Below, piece after piece: positions 9,955 to 20,526 of a stretch of DNA of 64,000 nt. Location of the stretch: positions 2,804-66,803 of the forward strand of contig DJHM01000042.1 of NCBI GenBank assembly GCA_002433075.1, given 5' to 3'. Below the pieces are notes generated by a model. That model saw only the letters and a program-made list of their open reading frames with translations. It was not told the DNA's origin and ran no database searches. Position 1 is the stretch's first letter; each line of letters starts with the position of its first letter. The stretch comes from Latescibacteria bacterium UBA6620. GTDB taxonomy: Bacteria > Latescibacterota > UBA2968. Both the position numbers and the translations under genes were made by a program.

Positions 9955-10950
9955 ATGGAGATGTATTATGAAAAAGACGCCGATCTCGGGCTCCTGAGCG
10001 ACAAGACCGTGGCCGTCCTCGGCTTCGGGAGCCAAGGACACGCCCACGCGCTCAACCTGCACGACAGCGGTGTCAAGGTCGTCGTCGGCCTGCGCGAAGG
10101 CAGCGCGTCGCGTAAACACGCCTCCGACGAGGGTCTCGAAGTCGTCTCCCCCGCAGACGCGGCGGCCGCAGGCGATATCATCATGGTCCTCGTGCCCGAC
10201 GAGCATCAGCGAACCGTTTTTCAGACCGACATCAAGCCGGGCCTCAAGGCAGGCAATGCCCTTGCATTCGCCCACGGGTTCAACATCCACTACGGTCAGG
10301 TCGTGCCTCCCCCCGACGTCGACGTTTTCATGATCGCCCCCAAGGGCCCGGGACACCTGGTTCGTCGCGTATTCTCCCAGGGCGGAGGTGTCCCCTGCCT
10401 GATCGCCGTCGAGCAGGATGCGACCGGCAAGGCCAAGGAAATCGGGCTCGCCTACGGGAAGGGCATCGGAGGCGCACGCGCGGGGATTATCGAGACCACG
10501 TTCCGCGAAGAGACCGAGACCGACCTGTTCGGAGAACAATCCGTTCTATGCGGCGGCCTGACCGAGCTGATTCGAGCAGGATTCGACACACTCGTCGAAG
10601 CCGGCTACCAACCCGAAATCGCCTACTTCGAGTGCTTGCACGAGGTCAAACTCATCGTAGACCTCATCTACGAGGGCGGCATCGCAAACATGCGGTCTTC
10701 CATCTCAGACACGGCCGAATACGGCGACCTGACCCGAGGACAGCGCATCATCACCGATGAGACCCGCACGGAAATGAAGCGCATTCTGAACGACATCCAA
10801 TCCGGCCAGTTCCCACGGGAGTGGCTCGTTGAGAACCAAGTTGGGCGCCCGCTCTACAACGCCCGCAAGCGCCAGGACCAGGAGCACCTGATCGAGGAAG
10901 TCGGTACGAAACTGAGGGGCATGATGTCCTGGCTGGAACAGGACGGCTAA
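9955..10950 (+). CDS. ilvC: Ketol-acid reductoisomerase
   Basis: [30 protein letters not shown]. Confidence 0.98.
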   Translation: MEMYYEKDADLGLLSDKTVAVLGFGSQGHAHALNLHDSGVKVVVGLREGSASRKHASDEGLEVVSPADAAAAGDIIMVLVPDEHQRTVFQTDIKPGLKAGNALAFAHGFNIHYGQVVPPPDVDVFMIAPKGPGHLVRRVFSQGGGVPCLIAVEQDATGKAKEIGLAYGKGIGGARAGIIETTFREETETDLFGEQSVLCGGLTELIRAGFDTLVEAGYQPEIAYFECLHEVKLIVDLIYEGGIANMRSSISDTAEYGDLTRGQRIITDETRTEMKRILNDIQSGQFPREWLVENQVGRPLYNARKRQDQEHLIEEVGTKLRGMMSWLEQDG

Positions 10951-11000
10951 CAGTCCATTAAGACCCGACACAGGCGACGCACTTGAAGGAGGTGAGGCAG

Positions 11001-11123
11001 ATGGAATCCGACCTTTCAGACCTTACGGGCACACAGAACAGATTCAACCTCGTACGGCGGGTTGATCGATGTGTGGCAAGGTTCCACCTGCCTGCCCCAT
11101 TCAGCTCCCGAAATCAGGAGTAG
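11001..11123 (+). other. Possible 40-aa uORF embedded in a long hairpin upstream of leuA
   Basis: AAGGAGGTG Shine-Dalgarno followed by ATG 11001 (MESDLSDLTGTQNRFNLVRRVDRCVARFHLPAPFSSRNQE*); the stop abuts the leuA SD. Confidence 0.35.
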
Positions 11124-11130
11124 CAGACCC

Positions 11131-12681
11131 ATGGATCAGAACACCAAAGACCAGGTCGTCATTTTCGACACCACGTTGAGGGACGCCGAACAAACGCCCG
11201 GATGCTCGCTGACGACGCGTGAAAAACTCGAAATTGCCCATCAGCTGGCGCGTCTGAACGTCGACGTCATTGAGGCCGGTTTCCCCGTTTCGTCGAACGA
11301 AGACTTCGAGGCGGTTAAACGCATCGCGAACGAGGTCGAAGGCCCCCGGATCTGCGGTCTGGCCCGCGCGGTCAGGCTCGACATCGAACGTGCCGGAGAA
11401 GCTCTGGCCGGCGCCCCGAAGACGCGGCTGCATACGTTCATCGGCAGTTCGCCCCAGCATCGTGCCATGATGAGAAAATCGCCTGAGGAAGTCCTCAAAA
11501 TGGCCGTCGATGCCGTCGAGCTTGCCCGGGCTCAATGCGAGAACGTCGAGTTCTCCCCGATGGATGCGGTCCGTACCGAGCCGGATTATCTGTACGAGAT
11601 GGTTGAAGCCACCATCGCCACCGGCGCTACGACGATCAACATTCCGGACACCGTCGGATACGCCGTCCCGGACCAGTTCGGACAGCTCATCGCGGATATC
11701 ATCTCCCACGTGGGGAACGTCGATGACGCGATCATCAGCGTGCACTGTCACGACGACTTGGGGATGGCCGTCTCCAATTCCCTGACCGCCCTGAAGCGCG
11801 GAGCCCGTCAGGCGGAGTGCACGATCAACGGTCTGGGCGAACGCGCGGGCAATGCGTCGCTCGAAGAGATCGTGATGGCCGTCCTCACCCGGGGCGACTA
11901 TTTCGGCATCGCCTGTGATGTCAACCCAAAAGAGATCATCAACACGAGCCGCCTCGTTTCCCGGCTGATGAACGTCAGCGTCCCCCCCAACAAAGCCATC
12001 GTCGGGGCGAACGCGTTCGCGCACAGTTCGGGCATCCACCAGGACGGCGTCCTCAAAAGCCGCGACAACTTCGAAATTATGGCTCCCCAGGATGTCGGTC
12101 TGGAGCAGACACAGATCGTCCTGACGGCGCGTTCGGGTCGCCACGCCCTGCGCCATCGCCTGGAGGAACTGGGCTACGAGCTCTCTCCCGAAGACATCGA
12201 AAAAGCCTACGAGCGGTTCATCGTCGTCGCCGACAAGAAGAAGGAAGTGTTCGACGAGGATCTCATCGCCATCGTCAGCGACGAGCTTACCGACATCCCG
12301 GAAAAATATCACCTCGAGTATATGCACACCGTCAGCGGCACCGGAATGGTCCCCTCCGCCACCATCCGGCTCACCATCGACGGAAACAGCGAGGTGCAGG
12401 AATCCGCCTGGGGTGACGGCCCTGTCGACGCCGCGTACAAGGCGGTCAAGACTGCTGCGGGCACGGAGGCTCGGGTCGAGCAATACGCCATCCAGGCCAT
12501 CACGAGCGGGGCCGAGGCCCTCGGTGAGGTCACAGTGCGACTGAGCGAAGGAGGACGCGCGGCAACCGGCCGGGCCGTGTCGACCGACGTCATCGAGGCG
12601 AGCGTCAAAGCCTACATAGACGGCCTCAACCGGCTGGAGATTCAAGCCGGTATTCAACGCCAGCGCGCCGAGGCCGTGTAG
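11131..12681 (+). CDS. leuA: 2-isopropylmalate synthase
   Basis: [23 protein letters not shown]-terminal regulatory domain GDGPVDA; SD AGGAG before ATG 11131. Confidence 0.96.
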   Translation: MDQNTKDQVVIFDTTLRDAEQTPGCSLTTREKLEIAHQLARLNVDVIEAGFPVSSNEDFEAVKRIANEVEGPRICGLARAVRLDIERAGEALAGAPKTRLHTFIGSSPQHRAMMRKSPEEVLKMAVDAVELARAQCENVEFSPMDAVRTEPDYLYEMVEATIATGATTINIPDTVGYAVPDQFGQLIADIISHVGNVDDAIISVHCHDDLGMAVSNSLTALKRGARQAECTINGLGERAGNASLEEIVMAVLTRGDYFGIACDVNPKEIINTSRLVSRLMNVSVPPNKAIVGANAFAHSSGIHQDGVLKSRDNFEIMAPQDVGLEQTQIVLTARSGRHALRHRLEELGYELSPEDIEKAYERFIVVADKKKEVFDEDLIAIVSDELTDIPEKYHLEYMHTVSGTGMVPSATIRLTIDGNSEVQESAWGDGPVDAAYKAVKTAAGTEARVEQYAIQAITSGAEALGEVTVRLSEGGRAATGRAVSTDVIEASVKAYIDGLNRLEIQAGIQRQRAEAV

Positions 12682-12691
12682 GGGAACGTCG

Positions 12692-14092
12692 ATGGGAAAA
12701 CCACTGTTCAACAAAGTCTGGGATGCGCACGCAGTCCGTAGGTTGCCTTCGGGAAAAACACAGCTGTTCGTTGGACTCCACCTGGTTCACGAAGTCACCA
12801 GTCCTCAGGCCTTCGACATGATGCGCGAGAGCGGTCTCGAAGTCGCCTACCCGGACCGCACCTTCGCAACCGTCGACCACATCGTGCCCACAGATGTTCG
12901 GACACGCCCGTTCGCCGACGAAATGGCTGAGCAAATGATGGTCGCGATCGAGAAAAACGCTGATGAGTTCGAGATCCCTCTGTTCGACATGAACGACGAC
13001 CGTCAAGGCATCGTTCACGTCATCGGTCCCGAGTTGGGACTGAGCCAGCCCGGAATGACGATCGCCTGCGGGGACAGCCATACGTCAACCCACGGGGCCT
13101 TCGGAGCCATCGCCTTCGGCATCGGCACTTCACAGGTAAGGGATGTGCTTGCCACACAATGCCTTGCGATGGATCCCCTGAAGGTTCGCCTCATAAAGGT
13201 CGACGGGGACCTCGCCGACGGCGTCTACGCCAAAGACGTCGTACTCAACGTCATCCGCCAGTTGGGCGTCAAGGGCGGCGTGGGGTATGCCTACGAGTTC
13301 GGGGGCGACACCCTGGCTCGGATGTCGATGGAAGGCAGAATGTCGATCTGCAATATGTCGATCGAAGGCGGGGCGCGAGCCGGATACGTCAACCCCGACC
13401 AGACGACCTTCGACTATCTGGAGGGACGCCCTCACAGTCCAGCCGGAGATGCATTCGAACGAGCGGTCGACTGGTGGACGTCTATCGCATCTGACGAGGA
13501 TGCCGACTACGACGACGTCTACGATCTCGACGCCGCATCGATAGAACCGACCGTCACCTGGGGCATTACCCCCGGACAGGCCATTGGCGTAAGTGAAAAG
13601 GTCCCCGCCCTTACCGACCTGCAGGACGACGATCGGGATGTCGCGTGCGAAGCCTACGATTACATGGATTTCCAGCCCGGCCATCCCATCGCGGGAACCA
13701 GAATTGACGTCGCCTTCATCGGGTCGTGCACGAACAGCCGGATCTCCGACCTTCGTGAAGCGGCCCGAGTCGCCAAGGGCCGCAAGGTCGCCAGCCACGT
13801 CAAGCCGCTTGTCGTTCCCGGTTCAAAGAACGTGCTCGAAGCGGCCGAGGCAGAGGGCCTGCACGAAATTTTCATTGAGGCCGGGTTCGAATGGCGAAGC
13901 GCCGGATGTTCGATGTGTCTTGCCATGAACCCCGACAAACTTCAAGGCCGTCAGATTTCGGCCTCGTCCAGCAATCGAAATTTCAAGGGTCGTCAGGGAA
14001 GCCCAACGGGGCGCACGCTCCTGATGAGCCCCGCAATGGTCGCGGCCGCCGCGATCGCGGGTGAGATCACCGACGTTCGGCAAATGCTGTAA
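12692..14092 (+). CDS. leuC: 3-isopropylmalate dehydratase large subunit
   Basis: [37 protein letters not shown] Fe-S ligands. Confidence 0.98.
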   Translation: MGKPLFNKVWDAHAVRRLPSGKTQLFVGLHLVHEVTSPQAFDMMRESGLEVAYPDRTFATVDHIVPTDVRTRPFADEMAEQMMVAIEKNADEFEIPLFDMNDDRQGIVHVIGPELGLSQPGMTIACGDSHTSTHGAFGAIAFGIGTSQVRDVLATQCLAMDPLKVRLIKVDGDLADGVYAKDVVLNVIRQLGVKGGVGYAYEFGGDTLARMSMEGRMSICNMSIEGGARAGYVNPDQTTFDYLEGRPHSPAGDAFERAVDWWTSIASDEDADYDDVYDLDAASIEPTVTWGITPGQAIGVSEKVPALTDLQDDDRDVACEAYDYMDFQPGHPIAGTRIDVAFIGSCTNSRISDLREAARVAKGRKVASHVKPLVVPGSKNVLEAAEAEGLHEIFIEAGFEWRSAGCSMCLAMNPDKLQGRQISASSSNRNFKGRQGSPTGRTLLMSPAMVAAAAIAGEITDVRQML

Positions 14093-14106
14093 ACACCGAG
14101 GAAAAC

Positions 14107-14709
14107 ATGCCTGCTTCTTCCATCAGCCAGGTCGCAGGTCCCGGAATCGCTCTCCGCGGGAGCGACATCGACACGGATCGCATTATCCCGGCGCGTTTCC
14201 TGCGAATGATTACGTTCGACGGACTTGGCGATCACGCCTTTGAAGACGACAGAAAGTCCAACCCAGAACACCCATTCAACGACGGCCGGTTTCGAGACGC
14301 TGCAGTGCTCGTAGCGAACGGCAACTTCGGGTGCGGATCATCCCGCGAACACGCGCCCCAAGCTCTTCAGCGTTGGGGAATCCAGGCGATCGTGGGCGAG
14401 TCGTTCGCGGAGATCTTCCAGGGCAATTGCACGGTAATGGGCATCCCCTGCGTAACCGCATCTTCCGCAGATGTGGCGAAACTCCAGGATGCCGTCGAAG
14501 CCGACCCCTCGCAGCCTCTGGATGTGGACCTAGCGAAGAAGACCGTCACCTGCGGGAACCTGGTCACGCAAGTCGACCTGCCGGAGGGAAACCGCGTGTC
14601 CCTGCTCGAAGGAGCGTGGGATGCGACAGGTATGCTTCTGGAGGGCGCCGACGCTGTCAGGGAGGTGGCGAACAGCCTCCCCTACGCACGCGGATTCGAG
14701 CGGGACTGA
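14107..14709 (+). CDS. leuD: 3-isopropylmalate dehydratase small subunit
   Basis: IDTDRIIPARFL, NFGCGSSREHA. Confidence 0.97.
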   Translation: MPASSISQVAGPGIALRGSDIDTDRIIPARFLRMITFDGLGDHAFEDDRKSNPEHPFNDGRFRDAAVLVANGNFGCGSSREHAPQALQRWGIQAIVGESFAEIFQGNCTVMGIPCVTASSADVAKLQDAVEADPSQPLDVDLAKKTVTCGNLVTQVDLPEGNRVSLLEGAWDATGMLLEGADAVREVANSLPYARGFERD

Positions 14710-14798
14710 AACCAGCGATTCATGTGGGACGGAATCCCGCGAATCTTGCGGACTGAATCATCACGAAATCTGTACTAACAGCTTGATCGGAGGAATAC

Positions 14799-15860
14799 GT
14801 GGCGCATCAGATCGGAGTCATTCCCGGGGACGGAACCGGGCCTGAGGTGACCGTCGAAGCCCTCAAGTGCCTGGAGGCGGCTTCGGCGAAGTTCGGGTTC
14901 AAGTACGAGACGACAGAATTCGACTTTGGGGGCGATCGCTACAAACGTACGGGCGAAACCTTGCCCGACGAGGCGCTCGACGACCTCCGTGGGTTCAGGG
15001 CCATTCTGCTCGGAGCCATCGGCCACCCGGACGTCAAGCCAGGCATCCTAGAAAAAGGCATCCTCCTCAAGGCCCGCTTTGCTCTCGATCAGTACATCAA
15101 CCTTCGACCGGTCAAGCTCTACCCCAACGTCGATTGCCCCCTCAAGGACAAGACTCCGGACGATATCGACTTTGTCGTCGTCCGCGAGAATACGGAAGGT
15201 CTTTACGCGGGTGCGGGCGGCTATCTGAAACAGGGAACGCCCGACGAAATCGCCGTCCAGGAATCGATCAACACCCGCAAGGGCGTCGAACGGTGCCTGC
15301 GCTATGCGTTTGAATTGACCCGCAAGCGCGACAAGGAAAAGACCCTCACGCTTTGCGGAAAAACCAATGTCCTCACCTTCGCGTTCGATATGTGGGAACG
15401 GGCCTTCCACGAAATTGGCGACGCCGAATTCCCGGACATCAAGCGGGATTACGCGCACGTCGACGCGACGGTGATGTGGATGGTCAAGAATCCCGAGTGG
15501 TTCGACGTCATTGTGACCGATAATATGTTTGGCGACATCATCACCGACCTGGGGGCGATGGTTCAGGGCGGCATGGGGGTCGCGGCAGGCGGCAACATTA
15601 ACCCCGAAGGCGTATCGATGTTCGAACCCATCGGAGGTTCCGCGCCCAAGTACACGGGCCAGAACGTCATCAACCCCATCGCCTGCATTTCCGCCTGCCA
15701 GATGATGCTTGATACGCTGGGCGAGGCTGAAGCCGCCGCAGCTGTCGAGAAAGCCATTATCGATGTGGTCGGCACCAAGCTGAAAAGCATGTCCGCAGGA
15801 AGAATGGGGTACAGCACGACAGAAGTTGGAGATCTCGTCGCGGAAGCCATCGCATCATAG
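14799..15860 (+). CDS. leuB: 3-isopropylmalate dehydrogenase
   Basis: [37 protein letters not shown]; leu operon context. Confidence 0.93.
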   Translation: MAHQIGVIPGDGTGPEVTVEALKCLEAASAKFGFKYETTEFDFGGDRYKRTGETLPDEALDDLRGFRAILLGAIGHPDVKPGILEKGILLKARFALDQYINLRPVKLYPNVDCPLKDKTPDDIDFVVVRENTEGLYAGAGGYLKQGTPDEIAVQESINTRKGVERCLRYAFELTRKRDKEKTLTLCGKTNVLTFAFDMWERAFHEIGDAEFPDIKRDYAHVDATVMWMVKNPEWFDVIVTDNMFGDIITDLGAMVQGGMGVAAGGNINPEGVSMFEPIGGSAPKYTGQNVINPIACISACQMMLDTLGEAEAAAAVEKAIIDVVGTKLKSMSAGRMGYSTTEVGDLVAEAIAS

Positions 15861-15915
15861 ACTTGCCGCGAGATCCTACCTGTACATTGAGAGCGAACCA
15901 ATTGGGGGAAAGAAA

Positions 15916-16266
15916 ATGGCCGAAGTGACTGTCTACCACAACGAGCGCTGAAGCAAATCACGCGGCGCGCTGGACATCCTGCGCGAGCGAGGCGTCGAGT
16001 TCGACGTCATCGAATACATCGAGAACCCCGTCGCTGAATCCGACCTGCGCAGGTTTCTCGATTTGCTGTCCGTGGAACCCAAGGAAATGCTGCATTCGGG
16101 CGCTTTCAATGACCTGGGCCGAAACATCGAGGACTACAACACCCCCGACGCACTCGTCGGACTTCTCCTCGAACATCCCGAGGTCATGAACCGCCCCATC
16201 TGTGTGCGCGGCGACTGGGCCGTCATCGCCCGCCCGGCGGAAAGGGTGAACGAAATCCTGGACTGA
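15916..16266 (+). CDS. arsC: ArsC-family (glutaredoxin-type arsenate reductase-like) selenoprotein, 116 aa, Sec at codon 12
   Basis: ATG 15916 gives MAEVTVYHNER-TGA(15949-15951)-SKSRGALDILRERGVEF...MNRPI...IARP; the TGA occupies the catalytic Cys of HNPRCSKSR; in frame with the 16063..16266 ORF; hairpin immediately downstream. Confidence 0.85.
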
Positions 16267-16267
16267 T

Positions 16268-16387
16268 TTGGCCGCGTCTTCATTCATCGCTCCATGGTTG
16301 GCCCGAAGAGAGATCGTCGTATGCATCAGTATTGGACTCGCGGTCATTGCCGTCCTGGGGGTCCTGATCAAAGAAGAGGCAACGTAG
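16268..16387 (+). CDS. Putative 39-aa Ile/Val/Leu-rich peptide (cimA leader peptide or single-TM microprotein)
   Basis: TTG one nt after the arsC stop: MAASSFIAPWLARREIVVCISIGLAVIAVLGVLIKEEAT*. Confidence 0.4.
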   Translation: MAASSFIAPWLARREIVVCISIGLAVIAVLGVLIKEEAT

Positions 16388-16519
16388 ACTCTTGCAACGC
16401 GTAATCGACACGAAAACGAGGTGGGATCATCCGGGCGGGGTTTCCTGCCCGGACGCCATTGGACGCGCATGGATCCTTTCGTGCGCTCACTTCTCACTCG
16501 ATCTCAGGAGTATCTGACC

Positions 16520-18145
16520 GTGTCCGATTACGTACAAATCTACGACTCGACCCTGCGGGATGGCTCGCAGGCCGAAGACATTGCCTTCTCACTCGATGAC
16601 AAGCTCCTCATCACGCAGCGACTCGACGACCTCAGCGTGGACTACGTCGAAGGGGGCTGGCCGAATCCTACCAATCCCAAAGACCTGGAGTATTTCGTCC
16701 GAGCATCCAAGCTCGATCTGTCACACACGCGCATCGCCGCGTTTGGTAGCACGCGAAGGGCCGGGAACTCACCCGAGGAGGACGACACCCTCAACACGCT
16801 TCTGGGCGCCGAGACTGAAGTCGTCACCATCTTCGGGAAGACCTGGGACCTTCACGTCAGGGACGTCCTTCGTGTCGACCTCGACCAGAACGTAGCCCTC
16901 ATCGAAGACTCCGTCGCTTACCTCAAGTCGCATGGTCGCGAAGTCATCTATGACGCCGAGCACTTCTTCGACGGTTACAAGGCCGACCCCGATTACGCGC
17001 TTCGAACGCTCAAAGTAGCGGAGAACGGAGGGGCGGACCGGCTCGTCCTCTGTGACACGAACGGGGGCACAATGCCGGGCGAGCTTCGCGAAATCATTCT
17101 CGCCATCCGGGAAAGCCTGACCGTAGCCTTCGGCGTGCACGCGCACAACGATGCAGGTATGGGGGTCGCCAACAGCGTCATCGCGGTCGAACTCGGGGCC
17201 GGGCACGTCCAGGGCACGTTCAACGGGTACGGAGAACGGTGCGGCAACGCGAACCTTTGCGGCGTGATCCCGAACCTTCAGATCAAGTTGAACAAGCATT
17301 GGAAGGGTGCCGACCGGCTGGGCGATCTCATGGAATTTTCACGCTTCCTGAGCGAGATCGCCAACGTCTACCACGACCACCGTCAGCCCTACGTCGGTGA
17401 GAGTGCGTTCGCCCACAAGGGCGGGGTTCACATCGACGCGATGTACAAGGAGCCCTCTTCTTACGAGCATTGCGAGCCGGAGGTCGTAGGCAATCAACGC
17501 CGCTTTCTTCTGTCCGAGCAGTCCGGCGGAGCCACGGTCGCCGCCAAGCTCGAGGAAGCCAAACTCGACCACCTCATTCCCGGACTCGACAAGCGACACC
17601 CCTCCGTCGTCGAGCTCCTCCAACGAGTCAAGCAGCTCGAAAATGAAGGCTACATGTTCGAGGGTGCCGAGGCTTCCTTCGAGATCCTCGCACGCAAGGC
17701 ACTCGGCTCCTTTACCGACCCGTTCAGGCTGATCGGATTCCGCACCATCAATCGTAAGTCGGACTCCGGCACGGAAGTCGAGGCCATCGTCAAACTCGAA
17801 ATCGACGGACGGCTCTACCACACCGTCGCCGACGGGGACGGACCCGTCAACGCCCTCGACGCCGCCTTGAGACAAGCTCTGGAGAAGGAGTATCCCATCC
17901 TCCACGACGTCCATCTCGAGGACTACAAAGTACGCGTCCTCAGCGGAAGGGACGGAACCGCGGCCAAGGTGCGCGTCCTCATCGAATCGTCGGACGGAAA
18001 ACGGGTGTGGAGTACGATTGGCGTTTCGGAGAACATCATCGACGCCAGCTGGCTGGCCCTCGTCGACAGCCTCAGCTACAAGCTGATGATCGAGGGGAAG
18101 CTGAGGGGAGAAAGCGTCCTGCCGAAGGGCGAAGCCGCGGACTGA
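16520..18145 (+). CDS. cimA: Citramalate synthase
   Basis: DSTLRDGSQAE, YVEGGWP, YDAEHFFDG, LCDTNGG, GYGERCGNANL, EDYKVRVL; SD CAGGAG before GTG 16520. Confidence 0.93.
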   Translation: MSDYVQIYDSTLRDGSQAEDIAFSLDDKLLITQRLDDLSVDYVEGGWPNPTNPKDLEYFVRASKLDLSHTRIAAFGSTRRAGNSPEEDDTLNTLLGAETEVVTIFGKTWDLHVRDVLRVDLDQNVALIEDSVAYLKSHGREVIYDAEHFFDGYKADPDYALRTLKVAENGGADRLVLCDTNGGTMPGELREIILAIRESLTVAFGVHAHNDAGMGVANSVIAVELGAGHVQGTFNGYGERCGNANLCGVIPNLQIKLNKHWKGADRLGDLMEFSRFLSEIANVYHDHRQPYVGESAFAHKGGVHIDAMYKEPSSYEHCEPEVVGNQRRFLLSEQSGGATVAAKLEEAKLDHLIPGLDKRHPSVVELLQRVKQLENEGYMFEGAEASFEILARKALGSFTDPFRLIGFRTINRKSDSGTEVEAIVKLEIDGRLYHTVADGDGPVNALDAALRQALEKEYPILHDVHLEDYKVRVLSGRDGTAAKVRVLIESSDGKRVWSTIGVSENIIDASWLALVDSLSYKLMIEGKLRGESVLPKGEAAD

Positions 18146-18152
18146 GTCGACC

Positions 18153-19325
18153 ATGCAAATCCACTCACGACGAATCGAGCGCCTGCCGCCCTACGTGTTC
18201 AGCCAGATCAATGCCAGAAAGATGGAGCTGCGCAGGCAGGGCACCGACATCATCGACCTCGGCATGGGAGACCCCGATCAGCCCACGCCTCAGCACATCA
18301 TCGACAAGCTCAACGAGGTCTCGAAGGACCCAAAGACACACGGGTATTCCCCTTCGACCGGTTTGCCCGCACTACGTCGGGCGATCTGCCGACACTATGA
18401 GCGAAGATTCGGTGTCGACCTCGACCCTGAATCCGAAGCGATCGTCACGATCGGATCCAAGGAAGGCCTTGCCCACATCTGCCTGGCTCTCCTCGATCCC
18501 GGCGATCTGGCCATCGTCCCCAACCCCGCCTATCCTCTACATCTCTACGGGGTCGCCATCGCGAACGGCAACGTCCTGAGCCTCCCCCTCCGACCGGAAA
18601 AAGAGTTCGTCCCCGAGATCCAGATGATCGCACGCGAACTCTGGCCGAAGCCCAAAGTGATGATCTTCAATTTCCCGAACAACCCGACGACGGCCACTGT
18701 CGACATCGGTTTCTTCGAGGAAATCGTCGATTTCGCCCGCCGCCAGAACATCATCGTCATTCACGATATGGCCTACTCCGACATCACGTTCGACGGTTTC
18801 GAGGTGCCCAGCCTCCTCCAGGTCAAGGGCGCCAAGGAAATCGGCGTCGAATTCTACACGATGTCGAAATCTTACAACATGGCGGGGTGGCGCGTCGGTT
18901 TCTGTCTCGGGAACCCCGACGTCATCAAGGCCTTGTCGGTCATCAAGCAGTACTACGATTACGGGGTCTTCACCCCCATCCAGGTGGCCGCCATCGCCGC
19001 TCTCGAAGGGCCACAGACCTGCGTCCGAGATGCGCGCGAGCTCTACCAGAGCCGTCGTGACACCCTCGTCGACGGGCTCTGCCGTATAGGGTGGCCCGTA
19101 CCCACGCCCAGGGCGTCGATGTTCCTTTGGGCGCCCATCCCCGAACGCTACAAGCATATGGGGTCGATGAATTTCTCACTCAAGCTGATGGAAGAAGCGG
19201 AAGTCGCCGTGTCGCCCGGGGTAGGCTTCGGTGACATGGGCGAAGGCTACGTTCGAGTCGGTCTGGTCGAAAACGAGCACCGGATTCGACAGGCGATTCG
19301 AAACATCAAGCGAGTACTGTTCTGA
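18153..19325 (+). CDS. Class I PLP aminotransferase, AlaC/DapL-like
   Basis: RLPPYVF, SKSYNMAGWRVG (PLP lysine), DYGVFTPIQVAAIAAL as in AlaC. Confidence 0.85.
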   Translation: MQIHSRRIERLPPYVFSQINARKMELRRQGTDIIDLGMGDPDQPTPQHIIDKLNEVSKDPKTHGYSPSTGLPALRRAICRHYERRFGVDLDPESEAIVTIGSKEGLAHICLALLDPGDLAIVPNPAYPLHLYGVAIANGNVLSLPLRPEKEFVPEIQMIARELWPKPKVMIFNFPNNPTTATVDIGFFEEIVDFARRQNIIVIHDMAYSDITFDGFEVPSLLQVKGAKEIGVEFYTMSKSYNMAGWRVGFCLGNPDVIKALSVIKQYYDYGVFTPIQVAAIAALEGPQTCVRDARELYQSRRDTLVDGLCRIGWPVPTPRASMFLWAPIPERYKHMGSMNFSLKLMEEAEVAVSPGVGFGDMGEGYVRVGLVENEHRIRQAIRNIKRVLF

Positions 19326-20524
19326 TGGCCATTCATTTCGAAGAGAACGTCTTTACAGCCCCGACGGGATTTCGTGCGGTCGGTCTTGCGGTTGGCATCA
19401 AAGAGAGTGGGGCAAAGGACCTGGCCTTGATCGTATCAGACCGGGATACGTCGGCCGCGGGTGTGTTCACCACGAACCGCGTCCAGGCAGCCCCTGTTCA
19501 CCTCAACCGCACACACCTTCAGTCCGGAACGGCCCGAGCCATCATAGTCAACAGCGGCAACGCCAATGCTTGTACCGGCAAACCCGGCGATCAGGACGCA
19601 GCCCGCACCGCCCAGGAGTTGGCCAATGCGCTCTCCCTCTCGGCTGAGGATGTCCTCGTCAACTCCACGGGCGTCATCGGCGTCCCTCTGCCGATGGACG
19701 TTCTCCTTAAAGGCGCCCAGGAAGCCGTCAGGGGCCTCGGTGAGGGGGGGTGGGGAGATGCGGCGGAAGCCATCATGACGACGGATACGCGCCCCAAGAC
19801 CGCCTCAGCGACGTTCGTGGTGGAAGAGGCGACGATCACCGTCAGTGGAATGGCCAAAGGGGCGGGCATGATCGCGCCGAACATGGCGACGATGCTTGGA
19901 TTCATCGTCACCGACGCGGACCTTGACCCGGCGGAGCTGCAGAGCCAGCTTTCGAGATCGGTTCAAACTTCGTTCAACTGCATCACCGTCGACGGCGACA
20001 TGAGCACGAATGACACCGTGCTCGCGCTTGCCAATGGTGCCTCCGGATCGTCGCTCTCTGGCGACGATCTCGACGCCTTTGCCGCCGCCCTCGACTGTGT
20101 CTGCACGAGTCTCGCTCGGCAGATCGCCAGAGACGGTGAGGGGGCGACCAAGCTCATCACGATCGAGGTCACAGGCGCACCCGACGCCGACTCCGCCCGG
20201 ACCGTCGGTCTGTCCGTCGCCAACTCCAACCTCGTAAAGACGGCCGTGTTCGGTCGCGATCCAAACTGGGGCCGTATCCTCTGTGCGGCGGGCTACGCCG
20301 GAGTCGATTTCGACGCCGATCGCACCACCGTTTCGATCGTCGGCATCCCCATCTACGCATCGGGGGGCGGTGTCCCCTTCGATCACGAGGCCGCCGTCGA
20401 GGCGCTGGGCGCCGATGAAATCACCATCGATATCGATCTGGGCGCCGGGGATGCCGTGGCCACTCTCTACACCTGCGACCTCACCTACGATTACGTCCGC
20501 ATCAACGCGGAATACACGACCTGA
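19325..20524 (+). CDS. argJ: Bifunctional ornithine acetyltransferase / N-acetylglutamate synthase
   Basis: NSGNANAC, KGAGMIAPNMATML autocleavage site, DGEGATK, C-terminal NAEYTT. Confidence 0.97.
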   Translation: MAIHFEENVFTAPTGFRAVGLAVGIKESGAKDLALIVSDRDTSAAGVFTTNRVQAAPVHLNRTHLQSGTARAIIVNSGNANACTGKPGDQDAARTAQELANALSLSAEDVLVNSTGVIGVPLPMDVLLKGAQEAVRGLGEGGWGDAAEAIMTTDTRPKTASATFVVEEATITVSGMAKGAGMIAPNMATMLGFIVTDADLDPAELQSQLSRSVQTSFNCITVDGDMSTNDTVLALANGASGSSLSGDDLDAFAAALDCVCTSLARQIARDGEGATKLITIEVTGAPDADSARTVGLSVANSNLVKTAVFGRDPNWGRILCAAGYAGVDFDADRTTVSIVGIPIYASGGGVPFDHEAAVEALGADEITIDIDLGAGDAVATLYTCDLTYDYVRINAEYTT

Positions 20525-20526
20525 CC

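Noticed and set aside
14716..14746. Small hairpin between leuD and leuB
   Set aside because: No U-tract or leader; probably an mRNA stability hairpin
16063..16266. 67-aa ORF as a complete gene
   Set aside because: It is the C-terminal part of the TGA-containing ArsC-family gene starting at 15916
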